Below are positions 14,123-27,910 of a stretch of 64,000 nt of DNA, piece by piece. The first letter of the stretch is position 1, and each line of letters begins with the position of its first letter. The translations under genes were made by a program, and so were the position numbers. The notes beneath the pieces are model-generated. The model was given only the letters and a program-made list of their open reading frames with translations. It made no database searches and was not told the origin of the DNA. Origin of the DNA: the human T2T-CHM13v2.0 reference genome, Homo sapiens; assembly GCF_009914755.1 (NCBI RefSeq), contig NC_060935.1. One strand, given 5' to 3'.

Positions 14123-16279
14123 GTTCCCTCTCCCTCTCTCCCCTTTCCCCCAGAGAGGCCAGACTAGGAGACAGAACCTGTCCTGACCCCCACCAGGGGT
14201 CTCTGTGTGATCCTACCCTCATCTCTAGCTCTTGGCCTCAGTTTCCCCATCTGTGAAAGAAGCTTTTAGGCCAAATGGTCTCTAAGTGTCCATGGCCATA
14301 TCTGCTCCAGCCTGTCCCCCACCCTTGTTCCCTCCTTCCTTCCCCATTTCCTACTGCATCCCCTCCTGATGTGACAGAACCCTTGGGAGCCTGAAGCGGG
14401 GTAGAGGGGACAGCTGGTGAACAAGAATCACCAGCCCTCAAGGAGCCCAGGGCCCGGTCCAGGCCCCCAAGGGTTAAGACCTAGAGTGAGGGGCGGGGGG
14501 CCAGGGTCAGCGCTGGACAGGCGGGCCTGGAGCCCAGGGCCTGCCTCCCCTCCCCCTACCCTGGGAACAGAGGCCACTTGTTTGGGCAGTGGCGGGTGGC
14601 TTTGAGCTCAGCCAAGGGAGAGTTGGGTGGGAAGGAGAGAGGGCTCCGGAAAATGGAAGGGACTCCCCACCTCCAGCCGATGCCCTAGGCCTGGTCCACC
14701 ACTAGCCCCCGATACTCTCAGACACCCCCCCAACCCCTCTAAACTGACCCCTTCCCCTGGGTTCTCTCTTTCTTTCATTCAAACTCTCAATGCTGGAGAC
14801 AGGACTTAGCAGATAGGCCTATTGCCCCAGCATCTTAGCAGATAGGCCTGACTATTGCCCCAGCACCGTCTCTCTTTGGGGCATGAGGCCAGGGCTGATC
14901 ACTCCATCCTGCAGATGGGGAAATGGAGGCTCTGAGGAATTTGGGGACTTGTAGAGTCACATAGTGATTGGTGGCTGCACAAGGACTCGGGGCCCCAGGT
15001 CCCATGATCCCCATGGCTCTGCAGGCCCCATCCCCACAGAGCTCCAAGGAGACCCTTCCTAAGCTGTGCCATTACACAAGACTGAAGGCTGGGCAGGAAG
15101 GAGGGGCAACAGCAGCCCATCTCTGAAACCTGAAGTCCCAAAGGACCTGGGGATTTGAATGGGGAGGAAGCTTCTAGAGGGTTGGGAGGAGGATTAACAA
15201 TCTGTACAAAAAGCTGAGGCTGGATGTGTGAAGCATGGCTGGAGCCCAGGTGGTGGGGGTATAAAGCTGGGGTTGAGTAGGAGGCTTGAATGCAAAACAA
15301 AACCTGGGGGCCATCAGGGCTCTGGTGGCCTCTGCCCCCTCCACCTCATCAGTCACCGGTACTCTGCCTGGGACACCCCCTTCCTAAACTACTCCAATAT
15401 GCAAGTAGCCAATGGGGAGGCAAGGTCCCCAGGCCCGGTCCTGACAATCCCCAGCCAGGAATGGGACACAGGATGAGTTCTCTCTACACCTCTGCCAGCC
15501 ACACCCATCTTTCTGCCATTCCTCAGACACACCATCCAAATTCCTGACTTTGCACAAGCTACGCCCTCGCCTTTGGAGGGTCCTTATCCTTGTAAATTGC
15601 CACTTAACTGCCAAGCCCATTCCAGTCATCCCCTCCCCTGGGGCCTGCACCTGTCCACACCTGTCTTCAAGGCTCTGCTGGGCTCCTTCTACCCTGTGAT
15701 GATCTTGCTGGGCAGTCTCTCCCAGCCTGGCCTCTGGGGACTCTCCGCGAACAGGTATCATGAGTGCCTCAGTCTGGGACCCTGGGACCCACCAAAGAGT
15801 CAAATCCTTCCGAGTACCCCCAGGTATCTGGCCCTGAAGCACCCCCCTCCCACCTATCTGGGATCAGGGAAGGCTCCCCAGGATATGGGATGTGGGGGAA
15901 GGGACGGTATATAGCAGAAACCACAGCGTGATGGCTTCTGGCCAGATTCCCCCCCTCCCCGCCGGCCCTGCACCAAACACCCATCCCCTGCCCCCAGGCT
16001 GCACCCTAAGCCTGCTCTCTCCAGGCCCAACCACCCCACTCCCAGCGTGACCCCATTCCCTGAGCACATACTTTCTTTCACCAGCAACTGGGCCAGGTAG
16101 GGGCTCTGGGGAAGCCATGCCCCATTTACTGGTGGGGAATTGAGATGCAGAGACCGGAAGTAGCCTGCCCAAGGTCACTGGAGCCCCAGGCCCAGGGCAT
16201 AGGGTCGTACAGATCTCCAGAAATGTAAAGGTCTCAGCGGCCAACGAGGTGGGAGCCTTCACTTCACAGATGGGAACCC

Positions 16280-16910
16280 CAAGGCGCCCGAGGGCGGCTG
16301 ACTCCAGAGACCCTTCACGCCAAAGGGCTACGGGCTGGAAGCCCCGGGTCCCGCTGGTTCACCCCCCTTCCCTACCGTCTCTGGCCCGCTGGCTTATCCT
16401 CAAGAGGCGACCCCCCCATCACGCCCAAAAAGGTAAACAGACAAGATGACCCGGGGAAGCAGAAGCAGCGCGCGGCCTCGGCGTTCCTTTCTGCAGAATG
16501 GGGAAACTGCAGGCCAATGTGGCGAGGGGCCTGCAGACGGGGAGGCTCCGGCAGCCGCACTGACCTGTTTTGAGTAAAGACTCCACGCGGGGACCAGGCG
16601 TACCGGCGCCGCCACCGACTTACACCGCCACCGCCAAATTGCAGCAAGGGGCCGGGCGCGCCCACCCCCCCGGGCGCTTCCGCCCGCCCCACGTGACTCC
16701 CGGGGAGGGGAAGGTGGGGCTGGGGCAGGGCAGGGCAGGGCCCCGCCCCCTCATCGGCCCCTCCCCCCGCCTAGTCACGGTCCTGGAGTTGGTTGGCCTG
16801 GCCCGCCCGCCGGACCCGTCGGTCTGTGTCTCTCTCCTGCCCCTCTAGCTGCTTGCGGGTCTTCCGACTGTCTCCTGAGGCTCAGGTCTAACCCCCGCCA
16901 CCTCGCCCGC
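16280..16910 (-). promoter_or_regulatory. ARAP1: CpG-island promoter, likely the distal ARAP1 promoter
   Basis: CpG-dense; GC boxes (ccgcccgcccc, ccccgccccc); E-box cacgtgac at 16690-16697; G4-prone G-run array at 16702-16740; minus-strand donors just downstream. ARAP1 assignment is from recalled gene order; no ARAP1 coding exon is in the window. Confidence 0.75.
16565..16645 (-). other. ARAP1: Probable non-coding first exon of ARAP1 (5' end approximate)
   Basis: Minus-strand donor CAG|gtcagt with intron starting at 16564, ~80 nt downstream of the GC boxes. Confidence 0.6.
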
Positions 16911-18352
16911 TGAGTCCACCTCTCCCTGAGTCTCCCTGCTCTCGCCACCCCTCTTCTGGTGAGTCTGCCCTGACATACACCCCACCCACAAGAGGGCCAC
17001 ACCCCCAGGGGGATAGGAGGCAGTTGAAGGCCGTCAGTGGTGCCTGACCACCTCCTCTAGGAAATCCTTCCTCCACCACATTCTTCAAGGGTATCTCACT
17101 TCCCTCCCTGGGTGCCCACAGGCAGGGTTGTGGGGAAGCTACCCACCCAGCCACACCTCCCAAGGATCCCTCAGCGGAAGGCTGCAGCCTGAGGTTCCAG
17201 CACCCACACCTAGAGAACAGGAGATTCCCACCCATCCTCCCAGCACATACACAGATGAGGGTACCAAGCTTGGCAGACATTTCTGGGTCCTGTGTCCAGA
17301 ACACCTCCGGGGCCAGCCACGCCAGAGACCTTCCCTGGGCTTCAATTTCTTTATATGCACAAAGGGTATATTTGGAAGAACAGATCTCACATTGCGGGGG
17401 ATGAGGGTTTACCCCCTGAGAAGAGGAAAGTGTCATTAATTGGAGCACCTACTGCATGCTAGTCCCAGTGCTGGGCAATTTATTCCTTTTATCTCAATCC
17501 TTACATTCTGCTTGATGGCAAAAATTATCATCCCAGGTTATGGGTTAGGAAATAAGGCTCCAAGAAGTCTGAGGGCTTGCCCAAAGTTACAAAGCCAGTG
17601 TTGGGCAAAGCTGGGAAGCAACCCATTTTTATGAGTTCTAGAATCTCCTGCCTGCCCCCCACTGGCCATTCACCCTGTCCCTCTGGGAAAGAGTTGACTG
17701 AGTAGACCGTGTCTTCTGGTGGTAGGGCTAAGGCAAAGGAGCTTTCCGGGAGGGGAGAACAGGGCCAGACCTTGCGGAGAACTTCCGGGCCCCAAGTTCA
17801 TATGGGGTCAAAAACACTGCAGAGGAGCAGAGCATAGGCCCCTCCTCTGGTCCTGGCAGCAGGGGTGTCCCTTGGGCAGCAGAGGGCACCTGGGGGCCAC
17901 AGATCACAGGGGAGGCCCAGGCGTCCCTCTAGACTTCAGACCAGCGAGGTGCAGCACAGGGTGAGAAGGCTGGCATCTGACCACTGGCAAGGGGATAGGG
18001 GGTCTGGGGACCCTACCATTTCTGTTAACACAGTCCTGAGGTCTTCAAAATGACCTAGGGAGGGCGTGAATCACCAAGCCTGGTCCCCACCAACTGCACT
18101 GGAATCTGAGGCCCCTCACCTGCACCCTTGACCTCCCTCCAGGGTATGCTGCCCCAGCCTCAGCTCTGAGACCCACAGCCCTGTGGCTTGAGACCCACGG
18201 ACCCCTCCACCTCCCTTCTGGGATGACAGGAGTGTCAGACCCCAGTCCATAGGTTGGACCCAAAGGGCCTTGGGCCGAAGGACACAGAGTAGAACCTCAC
18301 CCTCTGACTCCTGACCCAGGGTCTCTGTCAAGGCCTGCTCCTTCCCTTAGAG

Positions 18353-18682
18353 CAGAGGTCCCCAACCCCTGGGCCACAGACTGGTACTGGTCCTGTCAGG
18401 AACCTGTTAGGAACCAGGCTGCACAGCAGGAAGTGAGCAGAGGCTGAGCTAGCATTACCGCCTCCTGTCAGATCTGCAGCAGCATTGGATTCTCATAGGA
18501 GGGAGAACCCTATTGTGAACTGCGCATGCGAGGGATCTAGGTTGTGCGCTCCTTATCAAAATCTAATGATAAATGTGATGCACTTGAATCATCCCAAAAC
18601 CAATCCTTCCCCAATCCTGATCCATGGAAAATTTGTCTTGCACAAAACCAGTCCCTGGTGCCAAAAAGGTTGGGGACCGCTG
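18353..18682 (+). mobile_element. MER1B (hAT-Charlie non-autonomous DNA transposon), essentially full length
   Basis: TIRs cagaggtccccaacc / ggttggggaccgctg; 8-bp TSD ccttagag (18345-18352) / ccttaaag (18683-18690); 330 bp. Confidence 0.88.
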
Positions 18683-18981
18683 CCTTAAAGCAGTGAAAAA
18701 GAAAGCAAATAGCCTGGCGTGAATGCCAAAATGACCGCTCAACAAGGACAGCTGGATAGATACGGGCAGAGAATGGAACAGAGTATGGACAGAAGGGGGG
18801 CAGTGATAAACCCCGTCTCCTCCCCGCTACACAATGGGAAATGAGGAGATGCTGGAAGGATCAACGGCCGGATGATCAACAACCTTAACAAAATTAAGGG
18901 CAGACGCAGGGGACCGCGGCAGCGGCCATGAGGCAGGTGGGAAGCAGGCACAGTGATGAGCCGGCTGAGGCTGTGGGATCG

Positions 18982-18987
18982 TTTATT
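18982..18987 (-). terminator. STARD10: STARD10 polyadenylation signal AATAAA
   Basis: tttatt on the + strand, ~150 nt past the stop codon; cleavage expected near 18960-18966. Confidence 0.85.
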
Positions 18988-19133
18988 GGGGCTCTGTCCA
19001 GCCAGGCTGCAGCACCCGCCTGGGCCTGGCCCGGTGCCACCAGGTGCCGGGTGGGGGAGGGGAGAAAGTGCAGGAGCGGCCGCCGCCCCAGGGCTCGCCC
19101 GGTCCTGTCTCCGTCCCTGAAGCGGTGCGGCGC

Positions 19134-19379
19134 TCAGGTGAGCGAGGTGTCGTCGTCGCTGCCCTCGCCGCCCGCGCCGCCCATCCGCTCCTCTCTGCTC
19201 TCGGCCACCGCGCTCTCGTCGATGTTCTCCAGTGAGTCCGCATGCTGCACCGACAGCTCCGACAGCGCCAGGCTCGGCAACGGGCTCTGCTCCGGGTGCA
19301 GCCACGGCTTGAAGTGAGGCAGGTGCTTCTGTTTCCACTCGGGGTACTTGAGGCACGCCTTGTACATCTTCTTCATGGC
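19134..19379 (-). CDS. STARD10: STARD10 last coding exon (AMKKMYKACLKY...GSDDDTSLT-stop)
   Basis: Acceptor cacag|GCC at 19380/19379, phase 0; TGA at 19136-19134; matches the STARD10 C-terminus. Confidence 0.97.
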   Translation of the reverse strand, partial: AMKKMYKACLKYPEWKQKHLPHFKPWLHPEQSPLPSLALSELSVQHADSLENIDESAVAESREERMGGAGGEGSDDDTSLT

Positions 19380-19471
19380 CTGTGGGCCCGCCGCCCCGCC
19401 GGGTCAGGGGGTGGCTAGGGGGCAGGTCTTCTCCACACCCCCCTCCAGCGGCTCAGCCCCCAGCATCCTGA

Positions 19472-19885
<414 letters not shown>

Positions 19886-19938
19886 TAGTCCTCTTTCCAG
19901 TCTTCAACACCCCTCCCCAAAATCCCAAGGCCACTCAC

Positions 19939-19991
19939 CTTGGGAGCCAGGAACTGAGAAGATTTATTCACCACCCACTTGGGTAAGGAGC
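19939..19991 (-). CDS. STARD10: STARD10 coding exon, 53 nt ([18 protein letters not shown])
   Basis: cacag|GC...AAG|gtgagt; phase 1 to 0. Confidence 0.96.
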
Positions 19992-21100
19992 CTGTGAGGG
20001 CAGGGAAGGGAGGAAGCAGCCTCAGGGACCCAGCCCCTCCGCCCCTGACAAAAGCCCCACCCTCTGCCCAGAGCTTCCAGGGAGGCCACTGTCTTCCCCA
20101 TGAGGAGGAGGTGTGTGAGGCAAGTCCTACAAGCCTTTACCCTCACTCCCTTCCACCTCAGACCGAAGTCCTCAGGCTTAGCTCTGTCCCCCACTTTCCC
20201 TCTGCCCAGCCTCAAAGATTACGTGGAAGAAAACCACAGGGTCCTAGGTAAGCACAGGCTATACATGGGTGGAAACTCTGACCCACCCTGCTGCACCTGC
20301 TGCCTCACTCAATCACACTGACATCCCTTCTCAACCTAACCTCCCTCCCAGGAATGCCCCTGACGCTCAGCCCCTCCCCTGCCTGTCCTTCCAAGTCCTC
20401 CCCTGACCACACAGGCCTCTGGCTGAGCACCCCAGCCTGGCCTGACCTGGAATCCACTGCCCAGCTCTCCACCCTATCTCATTCCCAAGTGTCCACTCCA
20501 CCTCTGACACCCAACACAATGAGGTGCCGGGGGAGTGCTAGGCCTGGACCACTGTGCGCTCTGGGGCTTGAAGCATTTCCAGGCAAGGATGCTCAAGGCT
20601 TCCCCATCCTCTAGTCATTCACTCACTCACTCACTCACTCACTCCATGTTCACTGTGACACCCACCCTGGGCCAGCCCTGGGGACCCAGAGAGGAACTCA
20701 CTGGGGGCCCAACAGGAGCCGACTGTTCTACTAGAGGGGAATGGACTACAGAACAGGGAGCCAGTGACTCCCCTGAGTGTCAGGGATCAGGAGGTGACAC
20801 CCACAGCACCCCTGGAGGGGCGAGGAGGGGAGGCTTCGGGGAAGGGCTGCCTGGGCACAGAAGTGGGGATGGGTGAGGTGTGAGAGACACCAGGAGACCT
20901 GGGACAGGGCTTAGGCTTTTCTTGGAGGGCAATGGAGAGCCACAGAGTAACTTCAAGCAGATGAGAGTCATGAGGAGATAAGTGTTTTAGAGAAATTCCT
21001 CTGGCCGCTGTTATACACAGACAAGGTAGTTGGTATGGAGAGAAATGCCAGACTCAGGAACTGCCGAGGAGGAGGCAGAATCAATAAGAATCAGTGACGG

Positions 21101-21404
<304 letters not shown>

Positions 21405-22003
21405 TCAATGGCTGGATTTGGCTGAGGAAGAGGGAGTGACCCCAAATGATGGCAGGTTCTGGGCATGGGTGACTGAAAAGTGGAGACTTAGGGCAAGGGG
21501 CAAGTTAGGAGGAAAGATGGCGAGTTCCCCACTGGACACAACGAGGCTTAGGTGCCTGGAAGACATCCGAAGGGAGATGTCCAGGTGGCCGATGGCCACA
21601 GGAATCTGAATCTCAGCTGAGAGAGACATGGCCACTTGTGACAGAAGCCACAGGGGTGGCTGAGCCATCCCCAGGGAGAGAAGACTAAGGCCTAGAAAAC
21701 CCAGGCATCCAGGACAGGCAGAGGGAACAGCCAGTGAGCAGGGAACAAGGCAGAGCATGGGGACGGCAGAGCCCAGGAAAAGTGCTCCCAGCTTCATCAG
21801 TGGGGCAGTGGCACCTCCCTGGCCCACTCTTTTCAAACCACTGTAAAGTCCCAAGCCTTGGTTCAAGGAAGGCTTTGGATGGAAATGCCCCAAAATGCAA
21901 AACAGCTCCTAACAGATGCCCTTCTGGATCCCTAGTAGATCAGGCCCCACCCCTGTGGTATAGGGAAGGATCCCATGATAGGCTGCCAGGGCCAAGCCCT
22001 CAC

Positions 22004-22121
22004 CTTTGGGGTCCACCTGGGCCAGGTAGGTGATGACGCAGCTCTTGGGCCCTGTGCTCTGGATGAGGTAGCCCGTCTGGATGGACACAGCTCGGACCAA
22101 GTCTTTCCGAGGTGGGTATTT
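22004..22121 (-). CDS. STARD10: STARD10 coding exon, 118 nt (KYPPRKDLVRAV...AQVDPK/G)
   Basis: cccag|AAA...AAAG|gtgagg; START-domain motif LAQVDPKG. Confidence 0.97.
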
Positions 22122-22766
22122 CTGGGGATGGAAGGCACAGGGAGGTGAGACTCGGGGTGGGGGCAAAGAAGATGTTTTTGTGAGTATACACAAACGCGCA
22201 CGCGCACACACACATACAGTTAATTCACATGCCGTGACATCTGTTACAGATCAGTCCTGATTCTGGGTGCAGAGAAAGGGAAGAACCAGAGTAGGTCATC
22301 CTAGCCCCTCTTGAAGCTTTTCCTGTTCCCCTCAGAAAAGCCCCCAGTCTGGGGTCAGGGCTCATGAGCACATATGGGCACTCACAGACACACACACTCA
22401 CCCTTGCCCAGGCCAGCTATACCTGCCTGTCCTTGCCCAGGGAGATCAAGGTGGCTTAGCCTCAGGGAGGACCAGAGGACCCTGCCTCTCACCTCTTGTT
22501 CCTCATTTCCCTGTCCCAGAGCCCAACCAATCGAAGTCAGCCCATCCCACCCACTTGCCACAGAGGTGGCCACACTGCCCTCTCCTGATCTGCTCAAGAG
22601 ACCCAGCAGGGAGAGAGGAGCCATTATCCTCACTGTACAGGAAGGAAACTGAGGGCCAGTGGGCCCATGCCTGCCCGAAGTCATATTGAAGTCATGGTGG
22701 CAGCCTCAGCCTTGCGCTGCCTGACCCTCTCCCCTGCTCCACCGCAGGGAAGGCAGGTTGACTCAC

Positions 22767-22870
22767 GGGATGTTTGACTGAGTAGTTCATAATGATGTAA
22801 TCAGCGCCCATGGGGAGCCAGGAGCGGAGGGTGATGACATCACGGTTCTTCAGGGGCTTGGGACACCTCC
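22767..22870 (-). CDS. STARD10: STARD10 coding exon, 104 nt (W/RCPKPLKNRDVITLRSW...SVKHP)
   Basis: cacag|GG...CCC|gtgagt; START-domain NRD motif. Confidence 0.97.
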
Positions 22871-23470
22871 CTGTGGGGGGCAAGGGACAGTTCAGCCAGA
22901 CCACTGGTCCACCTGCCTACAAGGGAGGGTGTGGCAGAGGCCAGAGATGCAGGGATGCCTAATTAACTGCCAGCTCTCCAGTGCAAAGATACACCTCCCT
23001 CCCAGACCACAGTCCCACAGCTGGAGCCAGAAAAGAGACAGGGCAAGACCTGTCCCTACTGTCTCCAGCCAGCCCTGCTCCTTACAGCCTCACATAGCCC
23101 TTACATTGTTGGCCTGGCTGGTTTGTCTACGTGAACGTGAGTGTACAAGAGAAAAACAGTATGAGTGTGCATGAAAATGTGTGCCTGGGACTATGTGGCA
23201 TGTGGGTGGGGGCTGTGTGCCTGATTGAGTGTATGCCTATGTGTGTATGTATATACGTGAACATGTGAGTGCATATGTATTTGTAAGTGTATGGGTGTGT
23301 GCCTAAGGGTCTAGGAGTGGACAGGGAGGGCAGCTCTATCTCTCAGCACTCAAGTCTCCGAGCAGCTTGGTCATGTGAGTAACCACAGGAGGGAGGGGGG
23401 AAGAGGAGGCTTGGTGGGAGGCCTGGATGGAGGCCAAGGGGACTGGGATCAGCGTGCTACGCCTGCTCAC

Positions 23471-23618
23471 AGGAGTAATAGCCCACGTCAGCGTTGACTG
23501 TCAAGCGGGCGATGTCAAAAGTCTCAATGACGTTGCTGTCCCATTTCTTGCGGTACTCAATGTCGTGTAGGACGTCGTAGAGTGTCTCGGCTGGCACATC
23601 ACAGCACTCCATCCGGCA
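23471..23618 (-). CDS. STARD10: STARD10 coding exon, 148 nt (CRMECCDVP...YRKKWD...GYYS/W)
   Basis: ctgcag|TGC...CCT|gtgagc; START-domain RKKWD motif. Confidence 0.97.
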
Positions 23619-24011
23619 CTGCAGACAAGATATATGGGTTGTCAGGATCATATGGGGCTCAGAGCCTTGGCCAGGGGACCAGAAGGCAGACAGGCAGAGG
23701 GGGAGGAAGAGAAAGAGGACAGCAAAGAACAGGGGCCTCTGAAACCAGCATGGACTTCCTTCTTGCCACAAGCCCTGTCCAGCTCCCCAAAAAGCCACCT
23801 GTGCCAGGAGACAGACAGCCTCTGTATCCAGAGACCATCTCCCCCGACTCAGCCCAGTCTCCTCCTCCAGGAAGCCTTCCCAGCCAGACCTTCTGGGCTC
23901 CCACACAATGCATCTCTATGTCTGTGCCCTCCCAGACCCCTGTGAGCTCCTCGTGGGCAGAGGCTCATGGTTGCTTCAGCCTGGAGCCTGGAATAGCTAC
24001 ATGTTAAATGA

Positions 24012-24762
<751 letters not shown>

Positions 24763-25710
24763 TGGATTTCTTACTGTGTATTAGCCTTGCCCTCAAAGAG
24801 CTTTCCATCTGGGTAGAAGACGGCCAAGGACACCTTGTTTTATTTAACCCCCTCACCAACAACTCTGTCAGATAAGAAATCCAAGGAGGAACTTGAGGCT
24901 CAAAGAGGTTAAGTAACTCGCCCAATGTCACTCAGCTGGTAAGTAGCAGAGCCAGGATTTAACCCAGATCACATGTCTGGAAAGCAAGTAAAATCAGAAC
25001 GAGGTTTCCCTAGGTTTGCACTCAGTGAGATGAAACTCAATATCCTTGTTCTGTGATTTTTTTTTTTTTTTACCCAAGTGCCCTATCCCCAAGATCAAGT
25101 TCCTCTCAGCAAATGGACAAGTTTTCTTGTGTAGTTTAAAAAGATCTCCCAGAACTGGCATTTAGACAGTGCCAAGGGAACCCTCACATAATACTTTTCC
25201 ACTCACAAGAGGAGATAAGCAACCATATGAGGGAGAGGTCACACTGTCTTCCCCCTCATCCCAGAATAGGCCTTGGCCCCACTAATGGTGGTGGGATGCC
25301 GCAGGAAGGACACACCGACACCTGCTAGCTATTCTAGGCACCAAGAAACCCATCACGCCTTGGATATAACTTCAGTTTACAGAAAATACAGAGGACAGAG
25401 GAATGAGCTAAGTGACACCACATGAGAATGCAACCAGACAGAGCCAGACAGTGAATCATTCCACGGGACTCCTGGCCCAGGCTCTTCTACTGGTCAACGT
25501 AAACAAAGGGGCTGGGTGGGACTGACTGGCAGGACATAACAACCACATGTAAAGTGTGTCTCTGCATTGCAAACTGATTTGGACACACCATCTATAAAGG
25601 GGATTTTTGGGACAACTGGAGAAAAGTGAACATGATCAGAGTATCAAATGCACTGAAAATTTACAGAAACAAAATGGTGGAAACTGCTGCCTAAAAAAAG
25701 GTTACAAAAT

Positions 25711-26511
<801 letters not shown>

Positions 26512-27109
26512 TAATGAAAACAATTTGGAAAGGTCCCCCAGCAATACTGACAGGTGCACCCACCATGTGCCAGGTATTACACTAAGTGCTTTATACACAT
26601 TATTTTATTCTTACAGCAGCGCTCTGGGATATTGGCCCCATTATAGGATTAAGAAAAACAAGGTTCAAGGACAGACTCGAGACTGCAATATTGTTTGTGT
26701 CACCCTAAACAATTCACCCTCCCTTTCTACCCCATTTACCTTTCTGCTCTATAATGGGGCATAACTAGATCCAACCATTTAATCAGCAGCCCCCAGCTCC
26801 AGCCCTGTACTGAGCCCAGAAGAGTCAGAGATGAATTCGAGGCCTGTCTTTGAGAGGTCTGCAGTGAAAGGAGGAGCCCACCTTGGAAATGGGGAGGTGT
26901 CCTAAAGTGCTCATTGGGGGCATAAGAAGGAAATCAGCTCCATGGGCTGGGTCGGGGGATCAGGCTTCATGGAGAATCTCAGTGCAGGAGGTAGGGGTTT
27001 GCCAAGTGCCCCTGGCAGAAAGAACAGCCAGCCAAGGTGCAGAGGCAGGCAAGAGTGTGGCCTGTGGGCAGTGAATGAGTTCCATCTGGCTCAGTCTCCG
27101 TGGTGTGGT

Positions 27110-27910
27110 ATAGCCTGCTACTCAAAAGGTCCCTGGTTCTAGGTCTTCTTGGAAAAATGGGTGATTCCAGGGCTGGGTCAGAGAAAGTATAAGATGAGCA
27201 TGGAACATCTTCTTGTGCCAGGAAGTAAGCAAATACTCAAAGAATGATAGAGATTTTGGACACCGGAACCAGCTTGAAGGGCTCTTCCCCTGGCACAGTG
27301 GCCAACTCTTCAAGGTTTACCGAGGACTTCCCCAGTTTTACCACTGCAAGTCTCACATCCTGGGAAATCCCCCAGTCCCAGGCAAGCTAGGACAGTTGAT
27401 CACTCTACCATGGGCTCAATCTGAGATAAGCTGCATATTAAACTCAATAATGACCATAACTGTAGATATTCCATCGAATAAAATAGGAAACCAAAGTCTA
27501 TACAGGTATGAATAAACAAGTAAATGGAATGTTTGATGAGGAATGGGGGATTTACATAGTTTTAAAGTAACTTCCCATCAAAATACTTATTAATTACAAA
27601 GGGAAAATTAGTCACTTCATAGTAGAGAAGCCTGGCAAATAGCACCTTAATCAAGTGATCAAAGGGAATCTCATTAATCACAGGACAAGTTGCTGTCAGG
27701 TGTTGCCTGGTAGGACACAGTGAGAGGAATACAGGTATCACTTCTGTGCTACCTCTGCCACAGAGACATAACATAAATAGAATCACAAGGGAACCTCAGA
27801 CAAACCCAGAATGAGGGCTTGTCTCATTTTATAAAATAATTGGCCTATAAGTGTCAGGATCATGACAGTCACAGAGAGAACTACATTAGACTGAGGAGAC
27901 TAATGAGATG
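27110..27910 (+). mobile_element. Old L1M (L1MC/MD-type) 3' UTR fragment
   Basis: aaatacttattaattacaaagggaaaattagtcacttcatagtagagaagcctggc...atcaagtgatcaaag...gaacctcagacaaaccc resembles recalled L1MC/MD 3' ends. Confidence 0.7.
27296..27407 (+). mobile_element. MER94 (hAT-Blackjack) inserted in the L1
   Basis: cagtggccaactc...ggacttcccagttttaccactgcaagtctcacatcctgggaaatcccccagtcccaggcaagctaggacagttgatcactct; terminal inverted repeats. Confidence 0.75.
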
